From the NCBI GenBank assembly GCA_036679645.1, contig JAZDCY010000014.1, positions 258,601 to 322,600 on the forward strand: a stretch of 64,000 bases of DNA. The letters run 5' to 3'. Shown in pieces: positions 28,153-38,469 of the stretch (position 1 is the stretch's first letter; each line of letters opens with the position of its first letter). The DNA comes from Gemmatimonadota bacterium (GTDB lineage Bacteria > Gemmatimonadota > Gemmatimonadetes > Gemmatimonadales > GWC2-71-9). The translations under genes and the position numbers were made by a program. The notes under the pieces are model-generated. The model saw only the letters and a program-made list of their open reading frames with translations, had not been told where the DNA came from and made no database searches.

Positions 28153-29384
28153 GAGTAACGGCCGGATTACCCGTATTCGGAGTGGTGATCGCGCTGGCCT
28201 GTGGCGGCGAGACCGCCGAAGAGTCGCCCATGACCGGCATGACCGCCGAGGAGCATGCGCGCATGCAGGCCGGTGGCACCCAAGGCGCGTTCGACAGCAC
28301 CGGATCAGCGCTGCGCCAACCGGTGCACCTCACACCTGCGCAGGAACGTGCGCTCGGTGTCGTCTACACCACACCGCGGCGCGAGACCCTCACGCGCACA
28401 ATTCGCACGGTCGGCGAGATCATCGCGGCGGAACCGAGCGTCGCCGACGTGACCCCCAAGATCGATGGATTCGTGGAGACCCTGTACGTCAGCACCACAG
28501 GTGAGAGCGTGCGTCGTGGGCAGCCCCTCCTCTCTCTCTACAGCCCGGCGCTCGTTGCCGCGCAAGAGGAGCTGCTCACGGCGCGCCGCTTGCTTTCCCA
28601 AGTCGATCCCTCCGCCGAAGAGGCCTGGCGCTATGCGCAGGCTACACTCGACGCCGCCCGACGACGTCTCGTCTACTGGGACATCACGGAAGACCAGATC
28701 GCACAGCTCGAGCAATCCGGAGAGGTCTCCAAGACCCTCACACTCGTCTCGCCGGTCAACGGCGTCGTCCTGGACAAGAGCGTGCTCGAGGGGCAACGCA
28801 TCACGCCCGGCATGCGACTCTACCAGATCGCCGATCTCTCGAGCGTGTGGGTGGAAGGAGAAGTCTTCGAGCAGGATATCCAGTTCGTTCGGGTCGGTGC
28901 CCAGGGACACATCGAGGTCGCCGCGTATCCCGGAGAGCATCTCATGGGACGGGTCAGCTTCGTCTATCCCACGGTGGACATGCGCAGTCGCACGAACCGA
29001 GTGCGCATGACGGTGCGGAACCCCGGTCTGCGCCTCAAGCCGGGTATGTTCGCCACCATCTTCTTTGACGCGGACCTCGGCGAAGCCGTGCTCACCGTCC
29101 CTTTGGAGGCGGTCGTGATCACGGGCGAGCGCAACCTCGTGTTCGTCCGCGACGCCGATGGCATGCTCGGCCCGCGCGAGGTCGTCCTGGGCGCCCGTGC
29201 CGGCGACCGCGTGCAAGTCCTGCAAGGACTGGCCGAGAGCGAAACGATCGTGGCGTCCGCGAACTTCCTCATCGACGCCGAGTCACGTCTGGGCACGACG
29301 GGTGGTGCAATGCCAGGCATGCAGCACGGGGCCGCCGCCGAGCCGGAGCCAGCACAAGCCGACTCGGGGCAAAACCATGATTAA
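28149..29384 (+). CDS. cusB: CusB-like periplasmic adaptor
   Basis: YSPALVAAQEE, LYQIADLSSVWV, LKPGMFA, ANFLIDAES; Met/His-rich ends. Confidence 0.9.
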   Translation: MRVTAGLPVFGVVIALACGGETAEESPMTGMTAEEHARMQAGGTQGAFDSTGSALRQPVHLTPAQERALGVVYTTPRRETLTRTIRTVGEIIAAEPSVADVTPKIDGFVETLYVSTTGESVRRGQPLLSLYSPALVAAQEELLTARRLLSQVDPSAEEAWRYAQATLDAARRRLVYWDITEDQIAQLEQSGEVSKTLTLVSPVNGVVLDKSVLEGQRITPGMRLYQIADLSSVWVEGEVFEQDIQFVRVGAQGHIEVAAYPGEHLMGRVSFVYPTVDMRSRTNRVRMTVRNPGLRLKPGMFATIFFDADLGEAVLTVPLEAVVITGERNLVFVRDADGMLGPREVVLGARAGDRVQVLQGLAESETIVASANFLIDAESRLGTTGGAMPGMQHGAAAEPEPAQADSGQNHD

Positions 29385-32300
29385 CGCGGTCATTGCATGG
29401 TCGCTGCGCAATCGCGGCCTCGTGCTCCTTGCCACCGCCGCGTTGATCGGTGGCGGCGTGTGGGCCATCCGCACGACACCGCTAGACGCCATCCCCGATC
29501 TGTCAGACGTGCAGGTCATTGTGCAGACGGATTTCCGGGAGCAGGCACCACAGATCGTTGAGGACCAGATCACCTTCCCGATTGCCTCGGAGATGCTCAA
29601 GGTCCCGGGCGCAAGCGTGGTGCGCGGCTATTCGTTCTTCGGTCTCAGCCTCGTTTACGTGATCTTCGAAGACGGCACCGATATCTACTGGGCCCGTTCG
29701 CGCGTGCTGGAGTACATGAACGGCATTCGGCGACAACTCCCCGCAGGCGTAGAGCCGGTGCTGGGCCCCGACGCCACGGGCGTCGGCTGGGTCTTCGAGT
29801 ACACGCTGGAATCGGATAGCCTCGATCTCGCCGAACTGCGGACGCTGCAGGATTGGTATATCCGCTACCAACTCACGGCCGTCCCCGGCGTCTCGGAAGT
29901 CGCTAGCTTCGGCGGATTCGTGAAGCAGTATCAAGTCGAGGTCATCCCGGAACGACTGCGCGCATTCGGGATACCGGTGACTCGCGTAGCGGAGGCGATC
30001 GGCGCGCACAACATCGACATCGGCGCGCGCGTGCTGGAGATGGGTGGACGGGAGTACATGATCCGAGGGCTGGGATACCTCGATGGTATCGGCGACATTG
30101 AGAACGTCACGGTCGGCGCCACACCCAACGGCACGCCGATCCGCGTTGCCGATGTGGCCACCGTGCAGATCGGTCCCGCACCCCGGAGAGGCGCCGCCGA
30201 TCTCGACGGGAAGGGTGAGGTCGTGGCCGGCATCGTGATCATGCGCTTCGGGGCCGACGCGCTCCGAACCATCGAAGCCGTCAAGCGCCGGCTTGCGGAG
30301 GTCGAGGCCGGCCTGCCCGCCGGCGTGCGGCTGCGCACCGCGTACGACCGCTCGGACCTGATTCACCGCGCCATCGATACGCTGAAGGAAAAGCTGGTCG
30401 AGGAATCGATCATCGTGGCCGCGGTCGCGGTCCTGTTCCTGCTGCACGCGCGCTCCGCGCTCGTCGCCATCATCACGCTGCCGCTCGGCATTCTGATCTC
30501 GTTCATCGTGATGCGGTTCATTGGCGTCAGTGCGAACATCATGAGCCTCGGTGGCATCGCCATCGCGATCGGAGCCATGGTCGACGGGGCCATCGTGATG
30601 ATCGAGAACATGCACAAGCACCTCGAGCGCGCGCAGGGCACCGAGTCCCGCTGGGAGATCGTGCTCGAGAGCGCGAAGCAAGTGGGGCCGCCGCTTTTCT
30701 TCTCGCTCCTGATCATCACGTTCAGCTTCCTACCGGTCTTCGCGCTAGAACAACAGGAAGGCCGGCTCTTCAAACCCCTCGCGTTCACCAAGACCTTCGC
30801 GATGGCAGGATCGGCACTGCTCTCCATTACGCTCGTTCCCGTTCTAATGGGCTACCTCGTGAGGGGGAAGATCCGGAGCGAGTCACAAAACCCGCTGAAT
30901 AGAGCGCTCCGCTGGCTCTACCGACCGGTCATCGGCTTCGCCATGCGCCGGCCGTGGATGGTCTTGGCGGGAGCGGCCGTCCTGCTGGGTGTCACGGTCC
31001 TGCCCTGGCAGCGTCTCGGTAGCGAGTTCATGCCGCCGTTGCTCGAGGGGTCTGTGCTGTTCATGCCCACGACCGTTCCGGGCGTCTCCATTGCTCAGGC
31101 GCGCGAGATCATGCGCTATCAAGACTCGGCGCTCGCGGCGTTTCCCGAAGTCGAACGTGTCCTCGGCAAGGCCGGGCGGGCGACGACCGCCACCGACCCG
31201 GCGCCACTCGACATGTTCGAGACAACGATCACTCTGAAACCAAACGACGAATGGCGCCCCGGGATGACGTACGCACGACTGATCGCCGAGATGGACGAAG
31301 CCGTGCAGATGCCGGGTGTCACCAACGCATGGACGATGCCCATCAAGGGACGCATCGACATGCTCGCGACCGGTGTGCGCACGCCGGTCGGGATCAAGAT
31401 CTTCGGCCCCGATCTCGACACCCTGCAGATGTTGGGAGAGCGCGTGGAGCGCATCATGCAGGGCATGCCGGGCACCCGTAGCGCGTTCGCCGAGCGCGGC
31501 GTATCGGGCTACTACGTCGACATCCAAATCGATCGGGAGGAGGCGGCGCGCTACGGCCTCAACGTGGGCGACATCCACCGCGCCATCATGGGGACCGTAG
31601 GCGGGATCAACGCCGCGATCACCGTGGAGGGCCGCGAACGCTACGCGGTTAACGTAAGATACCCGCGCGAGCTGCGCGACGACGTCCAAGAAATCCGCGA
31701 CGTCGTCATTCCCGCAGCGGGCGGCGCTCAGATCCCACTGGGACAGGTCGCACGGGTGGAGGTCCTACAAGGGCCAATGGCGGTGAAGACGGAGAACGCG
31801 TTTCCCGTAACGACGATCTTCGTCGATATCGGCGAGCGGGACGTCGGCAGTTACGTCAAGGAAGCGCAACAGATCGTCGCCCGTGACCTGTCCCTCCCCG
31901 CGGGGTACACGCTCACCTGGAGCGGCCAGTACGAGTTCATGCAGCGCGTGTCTGAGAAGTTGCGTGTAGTGGTCCCGGTCACGCTCGGGATCATCTTCTT
32001 GCTCTTGTACCTCAACTTCAACGGTGTGGCGGAATCGCTCATCGTGATGCTCGCGCTGCCGTTCTCCCTCGTCGGGGGCATCTGGTTTCTCTGGCTATTG
32101 GGATACAACACAAGTGTCGCCGTGTGGGTCGGGTTCATCGCGCTCGCCGGCGTGGCCGCGGAAACGGGCGTGGTGATGCTCATCTACCTCGACGAGGCGT
32201 TCCACCGACGCAGCCTCGAGGATCGGATGCGCACCGCGGCCGACGTGGCGGAGGCCGTACACGAGGGGGCTCTCGAGCGGTTGCGCCCGGTGGTTATGAC

Positions 32301-32517
32301 CGTGACGGCAATCATCGCCGGGCTCATGCCCATCCTGTGGAGTGCTGGGACCGGCGCCGACGTCATGAAGCGGATCGCATCGCCGATGATCGGTGGGATG
32401 GTCACGGCCACGCTGCTGACGCTCGTGGTCATCCCCGCCATTTACCTCATCTGGCGGCGCTGGCAGGTCCGGCGTCGGCGCGAGGAGGGGGTGCGCGGCG
32501 CTGCAGCTTCGGCGTAG
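29377..32517 (+). CDS. cusA: CusA Cu(I)/Ag(I) RND permease
   Basis: LDAIPDLSDVQV, YWARSRVLEY, TDPAPLDM, WTMPIKGRIDML, AGVAAETG. Confidence 0.95.
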   Translation: MINAVIAWSLRNRGLVLLATAALIGGGVWAIRTTPLDAIPDLSDVQVIVQTDFREQAPQIVEDQITFPIASEMLKVPGASVVRGYSFFGLSLVYVIFEDGTDIYWARSRVLEYMNGIRRQLPAGVEPVLGPDATGVGWVFEYTLESDSLDLAELRTLQDWYIRYQLTAVPGVSEVASFGGFVKQYQVEVIPERLRAFGIPVTRVAEAIGAHNIDIGARVLEMGGREYMIRGLGYLDGIGDIENVTVGATPNGTPIRVADVATVQIGPAPRRGAADLDGKGEVVAGIVIMRFGADALRTIEAVKRRLAEVEAGLPAGVRLRTAYDRSDLIHRAIDTLKEKLVEESIIVAAVAVLFLLHARSALVAIITLPLGILISFIVMRFIGVSANIMSLGGIAIAIGAMVDGAIVMIENMHKHLERAQGTESRWEIVLESAKQVGPPLFFSLLIITFSFLPVFALEQQEGRLFKPLAFTKTFAMAGSALLSITLVPVLMGYLVRGKIRSESQNPLNRALRWLYRPVIGFAMRRPWMVLAGAAVLLGVTVLPWQRLGSEFMPPLLEGSVLFMPTTVPGVSIAQAREIMRYQDSALAAFPEVERVLGKAGRATTATDPAPLDMFETTITLKPNDEWRPGMTYARLIAEMDEAVQMPGVTNAWTMPIKGRIDMLATGVRTPVGIKIFGPDLDTLQMLGERVERIMQGMPGTRSAFAERGVSGYYVDIQIDREEAARYGLNVGDIHRAIMGTVGGINAAITVEGRERYAVNVRYPRELRDDVQEIRDVVIPAAGGAQIPLGQVARVEVLQGPMAVKTENAFPVTTIFVDIGERDVGSYVKEAQQIVARDLSLPAGYTLTWSGQYEFMQRVSEKLRVVVPVTLGIIFLLLYLNFNGVAESLIVMLALPFSLVGGIWFLWLLGYNTSVAVWVGFIALAGVAAETGVVMLIYLDEAFHRRSLEDRMRTAADVAEAVHEGALERLRPVVMTVTAIIAGLMPILWSAGTGADVMKRIASPMIGGMVTATLLTLVVIPAIYLIWRRWQVRRRREEGVRGAAASA

Positions 32518-32846
32518 GCCGCGTGTACGCTGCCGCGCAGAACAGCGTGAAGAAATGTTCACGGTCTCTTCGCGACCGCATTACGAGCCATGCCGAGCTT
32601 TAGAGTCAGAGATGCGAACACATCGCCCGTCAATCCGGTTCTTCGCGGCACTCGCCGCCGTCGCACTCGCCTTTCCGGGCGGGCTCCCGACGGGTGGCGA
32701 AGCGCTGCACCGCCGGGCAGTCGCGGCGGCGGCCGCCCACGGGCACCTTGCCATGGAATCGGCCGTAGACGTGATCGCACAAACCACCTCTGACGTCATA
32801 CATGCGGACCGTCACGCGACAGCCGACGATCCGCCAAGGAGAGAAC

Positions 32847-33632
32847 ATGAATACGCATCCACTCGCCGCGGGTCTCGCGGCGGCCCTCACGATACTGGCG
32901 CTCGAGGCATGCGCCGGCGCTGACAATCCCACGGCCCTCGCCGACCTCAACACGGAGGTCGAGGTAGAACTGGCCGTGGCCGAGATTCAAACGCTGGAGG
33001 AAGTGGAGTTCCATCTTCATATCGCCGAGAGCGGCATGCATCTCCAGCTCGAGCGCGGCGAGATCGAAGTGCGACATCACGACGCAGGAACATCCCAGAC
33101 GGTCACGCTGGAGTCCGACGGCGATGAATACCACGCGCGTGTCACGTTCTTCGAGCCTGGCGAACATCACATTCACGTCATGGGAATGCCGCGTGGAAAT
33201 ACCATCATGGGTGAGCTCTACGAATTCGAGGTCGAGGTCGAGCGCCGTCATGAGACCATCGGACCGTATCTCGTGGAGATCGCGACGGATCCGGCGGGCC
33301 CCATGCTCGAGGGTGAGACGGCCCACATCCACCTGAACATCTACGACTTCTTGCCCGACGGTACGAAAGGCGCCCCGGCGACCGGGCTGCCGATCGCGGT
33401 GGAGGTACACGCCCCAGACGGAACCGAAGTGGCCCCGAGCGTCATCGAGGAAGACGCGGGCGAGTATGAGCTTGAAGTGACGTTCGGCGAGCACGGGGTT
33501 TACGAACTACACGTCGAGATGGCACTCGCCAGCGGAGACGTGAGCGGGGAGTTTGATATTCCCATCTTCAGCCCCGATCCGACGGAAGAAGACGAGCAAG
33601 ACGAGGCCGGAGGACACGGTCATGACCACTGA
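32847..33632 (+). CDS. Acidic His-rich lipoprotein with two YtkA/FixH-like domains (putative metal chaperone)
   Basis: Lipobox ALEAC; Y...VTF.E.G.(H/Y) occurs twice; GGHGHDH tail; AGGAG RBS. Confidence 0.65.
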   Translation: MNTHPLAAGLAAALTILALEACAGADNPTALADLNTEVEVELAVAEIQTLEEVEFHLHIAESGMHLQLERGEIEVRHHDAGTSQTVTLESDGDEYHARVTFFEPGEHHIHVMGMPRGNTIMGELYEFEVEVERRHETIGPYLVEIATDPAGPMLEGETAHIHLNIYDFLPDGTKGAPATGLPIAVEVHAPDGTEVAPSVIEEDAGEYELEVTFGEHGVYELHVEMALASGDVSGEFDIPIFSPDPTEEDEQDEAGGHGHDH

Positions 33633-34707
33633 CTATCGGCGGACGACATGGGCCGCCATCGGCATTGCTCTGCTCACCGCCACGTCCTTGCGGGCGCAGG
33701 AGCCACGCGTCGTCCCGACCAACCAGACGACTATCACGGGGTACGGAACCGTTGGCTACGGGCTCCAGGTCCAGGGAGACCATGAGAACGCCTTCACGTC
33801 GGCGTTCAACCCAATATTTCTGTTCCAGTTCCAGGATCGCATTCTCTTTGAGGCCGAGTTCGAGTTCGAACTCGAGGGAGGCGTAACAGAGACGGGGCTC
33901 GAGTACGCCCAACTGGACTACCTGCTCAGCGACAACATCACGCTCGTTGCCGGGAAGTTCCTGCTTCCGTTCGGTGTGTTCGGTGAACGACTGCACCCAA
34001 CGTGGATCAACAAGTTCCCGACGGCTCCACCAATCTACGGGCACCACGTGGCTGCCTTCGGTGTAGACCCGGTCCTCCCGATCTTGGCCGACATTGGCTT
34101 CATGGCCCGTGGTACGATCACACCTGGACCGTGGAACCTGTCATTGAATGCCTATGTGACCCAAGGACCCGATGTTGAACCGGGCGGCGATCCCGCCGAA
34201 CCCGAGCTCGGATTTCCAGCTTCTTCGGAAGACAACAATACCAATAAGATGTTCGGCGGTCGGCTCGATATCTTGCTTCCGCCGTGGTTTGAGGTCAACG
34301 CATCACTAATCAACGGCGACTACGATGCGAACAACGTCCTCGACTTCACCGGATACAATGTGGCGGCGGAGTTTCGTTACCGTTCCTTGGAACTGCGTGG
34401 CGAATACGTGCAAACGCGCACGGAGATCGAGCTTCCTTCGGGGTTCCCGACGATTCGTCGCCACGGATTCTATGCGCAGGCCGCGTACCGGGTGGGCCTC
34501 ATCGAACCCGTTGTGCGCTGGACACAAGTGCTCGACGCGACCCAAGACGGTGTGATGCTCGAGGATGGAGCCTGGCAGCTAGGCTTGGGATTCGACTACT
34601 GGTTCAACCCCTCGATCGCGCTCATGGCGGGCTATGAACTTAACCGCGAGGACGGGCCGGAGATCGACAACGATCGGCTCATCGCTCACATCGCCTTCGG
34701 GTTCTAG
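33622..34707 (+). CDS. Outer-membrane porin (beta-barrel)
   Basis: Signal peptide, LEYAQLDY, AGKFLLPFG.F.ERLHPTWINK, DNNTNK..GGR, terminal AFGF. Confidence 0.82.
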   Translation: MTTDYRRTTWAAIGIALLTATSLRAQEPRVVPTNQTTITGYGTVGYGLQVQGDHENAFTSAFNPIFLFQFQDRILFEAEFEFELEGGVTETGLEYAQLDYLLSDNITLVAGKFLLPFGVFGERLHPTWINKFPTAPPIYGHHVAAFGVDPVLPILADIGFMARGTITPGPWNLSLNAYVTQGPDVEPGGDPAEPELGFPASSEDNNTNKMFGGRLDILLPPWFEVNASLINGDYDANNVLDFTGYNVAAEFRYRSLELRGEYVQTRTEIELPSGFPTIRRHGFYAQAAYRVGLIEPVVRWTQVLDATQDGVMLEDGAWQLGLGFDYWFNPSIALMAGYELNREDGPEIDNDRLIAHIAFGF

Positions 34708-34716
34708 GAGAACGTG

Positions 34717-35337
34717 ATGATGACTACCCAACGACTTGCCATCGCGGCCTCCGCAGTGAGCCTTGCGCTCGCGCTCGCCGCGCCCGCAGTACATGCGCAG
34801 GAGACAGCCGCCGACATCTCGCGCGGCGCGAAGGTGTATGGCGCCATGTGTGGCCGGTGCCATACCGCCCGCTCCCCCCTCGAGCGCGGAGATCGTGAGT
34901 GGATCACGATCGCCAACCACATGCGTGTCCGCGGGAACCTCACCGGGCAGCAGATGCGTGCGGTGGTCGCGTTTCTCCACGCAACCAACACCGATCCGAG
35001 TCAAGCCGTTTCCGTCAGCGGGGAAGCCCGCGAGTTGGGCATTGCCGGGATGGAGTTCGGTGGACCGGTGTCCTCGGATCAACGTCTCATCGAGGAGGGA
35101 CGCCAACTCCTGGAACAGAATGCGTGCCTCGGCTGCCATGCCCTTGGAAACGCCGGCGGGAACGTCGGTCCATCGTTGAACCGCGTGGTGCAGCGCAAAG
35201 GCGCACCGCACGTGCGCCAGAAAATTGCGAGCCCCACATACGACAACGCGACGTCCATGATGCCGAACTTCGGGCTGACACGCGAACAGATCGAGGCGAT
35301 CACTGCCTATCTCGCGACGTTCGGCGGGTCCAACTGA
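34717..35337 (+). CDS. Periplasmic diheme cytochrome c
   Basis: CGRCH and CLGCH, each with a downstream Met (HMRVR, MMPNF); signal peptide. Confidence 0.88.
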   Translation: MMTTQRLAIAASAVSLALALAAPAVHAQETAADISRGAKVYGAMCGRCHTARSPLERGDREWITIANHMRVRGNLTGQQMRAVVAFLHATNTDPSQAVSVSGEARELGIAGMEFGGPVSSDQRLIEEGRQLLEQNACLGCHALGNAGGNVGPSLNRVVQRKGAPHVRQKIASPTYDNATSMMPNFGLTREQIEAITAYLATFGGSN

Positions 35338-35347
35338 CACGTCTGCC

Positions 35348-35374
35348 GGTCCCGGTGAGCTTCTCACCGGGGCC
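35348..35374. terminator. GC-rich hairpin between convergent genes
   Basis: ggtcccggtgag-ctt-ctcaccggggcc; no U-tract. Confidence 0.5.
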
Positions 35375-35396
35375 GCCCTGGCTCGTGCGTCGTCCC

Positions 35397-35852
35397 CTAG
35401 TCGCCCTGGGGACGTACGCGTCGTGACGACCAGTGGATATGCACGATCTTCCACCCGTCGTCGCGTCGTACAAGCACCATCGTCTCTACGCCCCGGAGGT
35501 TGATCTCGCGTTCACGGAAGGTCCCGGTCGTGCGCGTCCGCGCCATAACGACTGCGAGATCACCCTCGATCTCAGACCAGGTGTCCACGACCTCCCGCTC
35601 GGTCGCCCGCGAAAAGGCGATGTCTGCCGGCAGGTGATGCGATCGGTACTCATCGCGCGACGCCTCGACCCCGCCACTCTCGAAGATCAAGACCTCCGGG
35701 TCGAGCAACCTGAGCACGCCGACGCTGTCACCGTCTTCCATCGCCTGATGAAAGGCCCTCACCACCTCAGCCGCCGCGACGGCCTGCTGTGCAGTACTCG
35801 ACTCCGAAATGCCACACAGGAGCACGATGGCTGCAGTAAACCAGATTCTCAT
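35397..35852 (-). CDS. Secreted SnoaL/NTF2-like (DUF4440) protein
   Basis: GGAGG RBS, MRIWF signal peptide, FESGGVEASRDEYRSHHL, WKIVHIHWSSR. Confidence 0.82.
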   Translation of the reverse strand: MRIWFTAAIVLLCGISESSTAQQAVAAAEVVRAFHQAMEDGDSVGVLRLLDPEVLIFESGGVEASRDEYRSHHLPADIAFSRATEREVVDTWSEIEGDLAVVMARTRTTGTFREREINLRGVETMVLVRRDDGWKIVHIHWSSRRVRPQGD

Positions 35853-36033
35853 CACACCTCCCCGAACGAGAGACGGCAGGGCCAAGCCATGCCCAGACCC
35901 CGCCCTAAACGTACCTTCCCTCCATGCAGCATCGCATCCTCCAGGTAGATGCCGACGCCTTCTACGTGCAGGTCGCACGCCTCACCGACCCCGAGGTCGC
36001 CGGACGGGCCGAGTGCCTGCTCGTCGGCCGCAC
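35632..36033 (+). repeat. Diverged direct repeat, copy 1 (matches 39692-40094)
   Basis: Colinear ~400-bp match covering the 5' half of the SnoaL gene, the intergenic region and the 5' end of dinB. Confidence 0.92.
35924..36033 (+). pseudogene. Truncated 5' fragment of dinB
   Basis: MQHRILQVDADAFYVQVARLTDPEVAGRAECLLVG, nearly identical to the start of the ORF at 39985, then similarity stops. Confidence 0.88.
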
Positions 36034-36217
36034 CCAAAACTCCCGTTCGCCCTGCCGGGTCGATCGGGGCAGATGGATGTTGGTGAACGACCGTGGATGA
36101 CGCGGACATTTCCGGGTCGGGGTAACGCACCCCGAGTGCATGGGTTGGGCTTGTGAGCAACCGGGAGAGCGTCGGGAGGGCCGTTGGAGGGGCGTTCGTC
36201 TCCTTTCCCGACTACGA

Positions 36218-37585
36218 TTAGAACGCCAGGTGGAGCGACACCCGTGAGAAGTTCTCGAATAGGGGCAGATCAGGGGCGGACTCTCCTGACCACGTCGTGC
36301 CGATCATCAGCATGATGTTGGAGCCGAGGAGCATGAGGAGATCCGCCGAATAGCGCTGGAAGTTCGCTGGGAATCCCGGCGGAAACCCATCCACGTCAAC
36401 CCGCTCGTAGCGAGCGCCCGGTACGAGCCAAGGGTAGAGATACGCTTGCACCTCCGCCATCGTTACGATCGCGGACGGATTGCTGAGCTGCGGCCGGTCG
36501 AGGTTGTCGTTGAACAACTGCACCGATCCCAGGATGCTGATGTAGCCGTTCTCCTGGTCCCAACGCACGTCGGCACCCAGGCGGCTGAAGTGGTTTCCGG
36601 CAGGGAGGAATGACGCAGGATCGTCGGGATCCTCCAGGAAACCGGACGTACCTCGGTAGTAGAATCCCCCCACCGAAACTGCGCCTCGCAGCCACGTACT
36701 GTAGTTCAGGCGCGCGTAGTAGTCCTTCTGATTATTGAGATCGAAATCGCTCCCGGATTCGTCGTACGCCTGTTCGAGTCCCTCGACCAACTCGCCCGCG
36801 GGTCCCTCGGCGCCTTCGAGAGCCTCGAACGCGCCTCCGGGTTCGCCGTTGACCAACCCGAGGGCATATTCGAATTCTCCGAGGCCACCTGGGCCGGGAA
36901 CGCGACCAAAGGCTTCGATCCCTTTCTGATTCGGGGAGAAGCCGAAGAAATTCTGCGCCGGTATGATTGGGAGAACGCCGTTCAGGTAAGGCGTGATCCG
37001 CAATAACCGACGGTGGTTCGAGAAGGCGATGGCACGTGGCTCGAACTGGCCGACCCGGACGTTCAGGGCGAGCGACCGGTTGTATTGCACGAAGAGTCGG
37101 TCAATGCCCTCGAATTGGCCCTCTTCCACCAGGGCTACGTTGCCGAAGAACGAGAAATAATCCCCCATGGCTCCGCCAAACACCAACCCAACTCCGCTGA
37201 TTCCGGTGAACTCCGTCTCGATATCTTGGTCGGGCCGGTAACGGAAATCCGCCAGTATCTGGAACGACGCAACGGATGTCGCTGGCATATCGATAAACGG
37301 GATTCCGCTTCCGCTCCTGCCCTCGGGCGTTTCCACAGGCGACCCGAGGGGAAGCGGCTGCTCGCCCTGCTCCAAACCGGCACCAGGCAGGCGGTACCCC
37401 TTAGCGCGGAAAAGTCGCCCGTATTCCGTCAGGGCGGGAAACACGGTGTGGCATGCGCTGCAGCTCAGCCCATAGCGCCGCGCGAAGCTCGGGACGGATT
37501 TCTCGGATCGGGATGCCATCCCGAAAGGAAGAGCGACGACCACGAGTCCAAGTGTCGCGGTGCACGTCCTCCAAGAGTTCATCAT
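36218..37585 (-). CDS. cyc2: Cyc2-like fused monoheme cytochrome c-porin
   Basis: After the signal peptide: VPSFARRYGLSCSACHTVFPALTEYGRLFRAKGY; barrel-like remainder ending in LHLAF. Confidence 0.8.
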   Translation of the reverse strand: MMNSWRTCTATLGLVVVALPFGMASRSEKSVPSFARRYGLSCSACHTVFPALTEYGRLFRAKGYRLPGAGLEQGEQPLPLGSPVETPEGRSGSGIPFIDMPATSVASFQILADFRYRPDQDIETEFTGISGVGLVFGGAMGDYFSFFGNVALVEEGQFEGIDRLFVQYNRSLALNVRVGQFEPRAIAFSNHRRLLRITPYLNGVLPIIPAQNFFGFSPNQKGIEAFGRVPGPGGLGEFEYALGLVNGEPGGAFEALEGAEGPAGELVEGLEQAYDESGSDFDLNNQKDYYARLNYSTWLRGAVSVGGFYYRGTSGFLEDPDDPASFLPAGNHFSRLGADVRWDQENGYISILGSVQLFNDNLDRPQLSNPSAIVTMAEVQAYLYPWLVPGARYERVDVDGFPPGFPANFQRYSADLLMLLGSNIMLMIGTTWSGESAPDLPLFENFSRVSLHLAF

Positions 37586-37656
37586 TGCTGATCTCCCCTT
37601 TGGCCCAGAGTCGGGCGGCTCACACGGCTGGCCAGCTTCTCCAGCCCAGCCGCCAG

Positions 37657-38454
37657 TTACTGCTGGATGATCGAGAGCAGGTAGTTCGTGAGATCCCATA
37701 TCTGGTCGGGCGTGAGCGCGTCCTCCCAGCTGGGCATGGGCGTCCCGCCGATTCCCACCGCGATGCTACGGTATACGTCCTGCGGTCGGTTGCCTCCGCG
37801 CCAGTTCCGCGACATCCGCAGGTCGGCGGGCACGATCGGGAAATCCCAGTCGTCTAGGAGTGTCGCTGCGGATGGCCCGTCACCTTTCCCGAGCATGCCG
37901 TGACACTTCCAGCACTCTGCTTCGATGAAGAGGCGGCGTCCAGCCGTGACACTCTCTGGAAGCGGGGGCTTCGGCCGGCCGATCGCGATCGGCTCCTCCC
38001 GCTCGTCCGTCCGGAACCGGTCTGAGAACGTCTGGATGTACGCCACCAGCGCCCAGCGCTCCTGCTCGGAAAAATTGGACCAGCCCGGCATCGTCGTCCC
38101 CGGCATCCCACGAGTCACCGTGTTGAACAAGTCCTCATCGGTCGGGAGCTGCCCCGTTGTCGTGGAGCTGATCTTGTAGATGCCGCGCGTAAAATCACGT
38201 GGGTGGGGAAAGACGTATCGGGATACGGACCCGTCACCGCGGCCGTTGGTGCCGTGACAGAAGACGCACCGGCGTCGGTAGAGCCGTTTCCCCCTCCGCA
38301 CGACGTCCCTCTGATCGACCTGGCCTCCGTCAGGCGCGGTCTGCGCGGCGGCCCCGGCTGGCAGAAGTAACACCGCTGCCGCGATCAGCAGCGTGATGTT
38401 GGTACGTGCTCGCTTGGGAACCCGTTGCCCCGTCATGCCGGTCTCACGTAACAC
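37657..38454 (-). CDS. Diheme cytochrome c (PRDFT...LPTDEDL type)
   Basis: CVFCH and CWKCH, GTTMP and GTPMP axial Met motifs; exact start uncertain. Confidence 0.9.
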   Translation of the reverse strand: MLRETGMTGQRVPKRARTNITLLIAAAVLLLPAGAAAQTAPDGGQVDQRDVVRRGKRLYRRRCVFCHGTNGRGDGSVSRYVFPHPRDFTRGIYKISSTTTGQLPTDEDLFNTVTRGMPGTTMPGWSNFSEQERWALVAYIQTFSDRFRTDEREEPIAIGRPKPPLPESVTAGRRLFIEAECWKCHGMLGKGDGPSAATLLDDWDFPIVPADLRMSRNWRGGNRPQDVYRSIAVGIGGTPMPSWEDALTPDQIWDLTNYLLSIIQQ

Positions 38455-38469
38455 GAGATAGCCTCCCAG

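Noticed and set aside
29158..29376. N-terminal extension of CusA
   Set aside because: Overlaps cusB; the family-typical start is MINAVI at 29377
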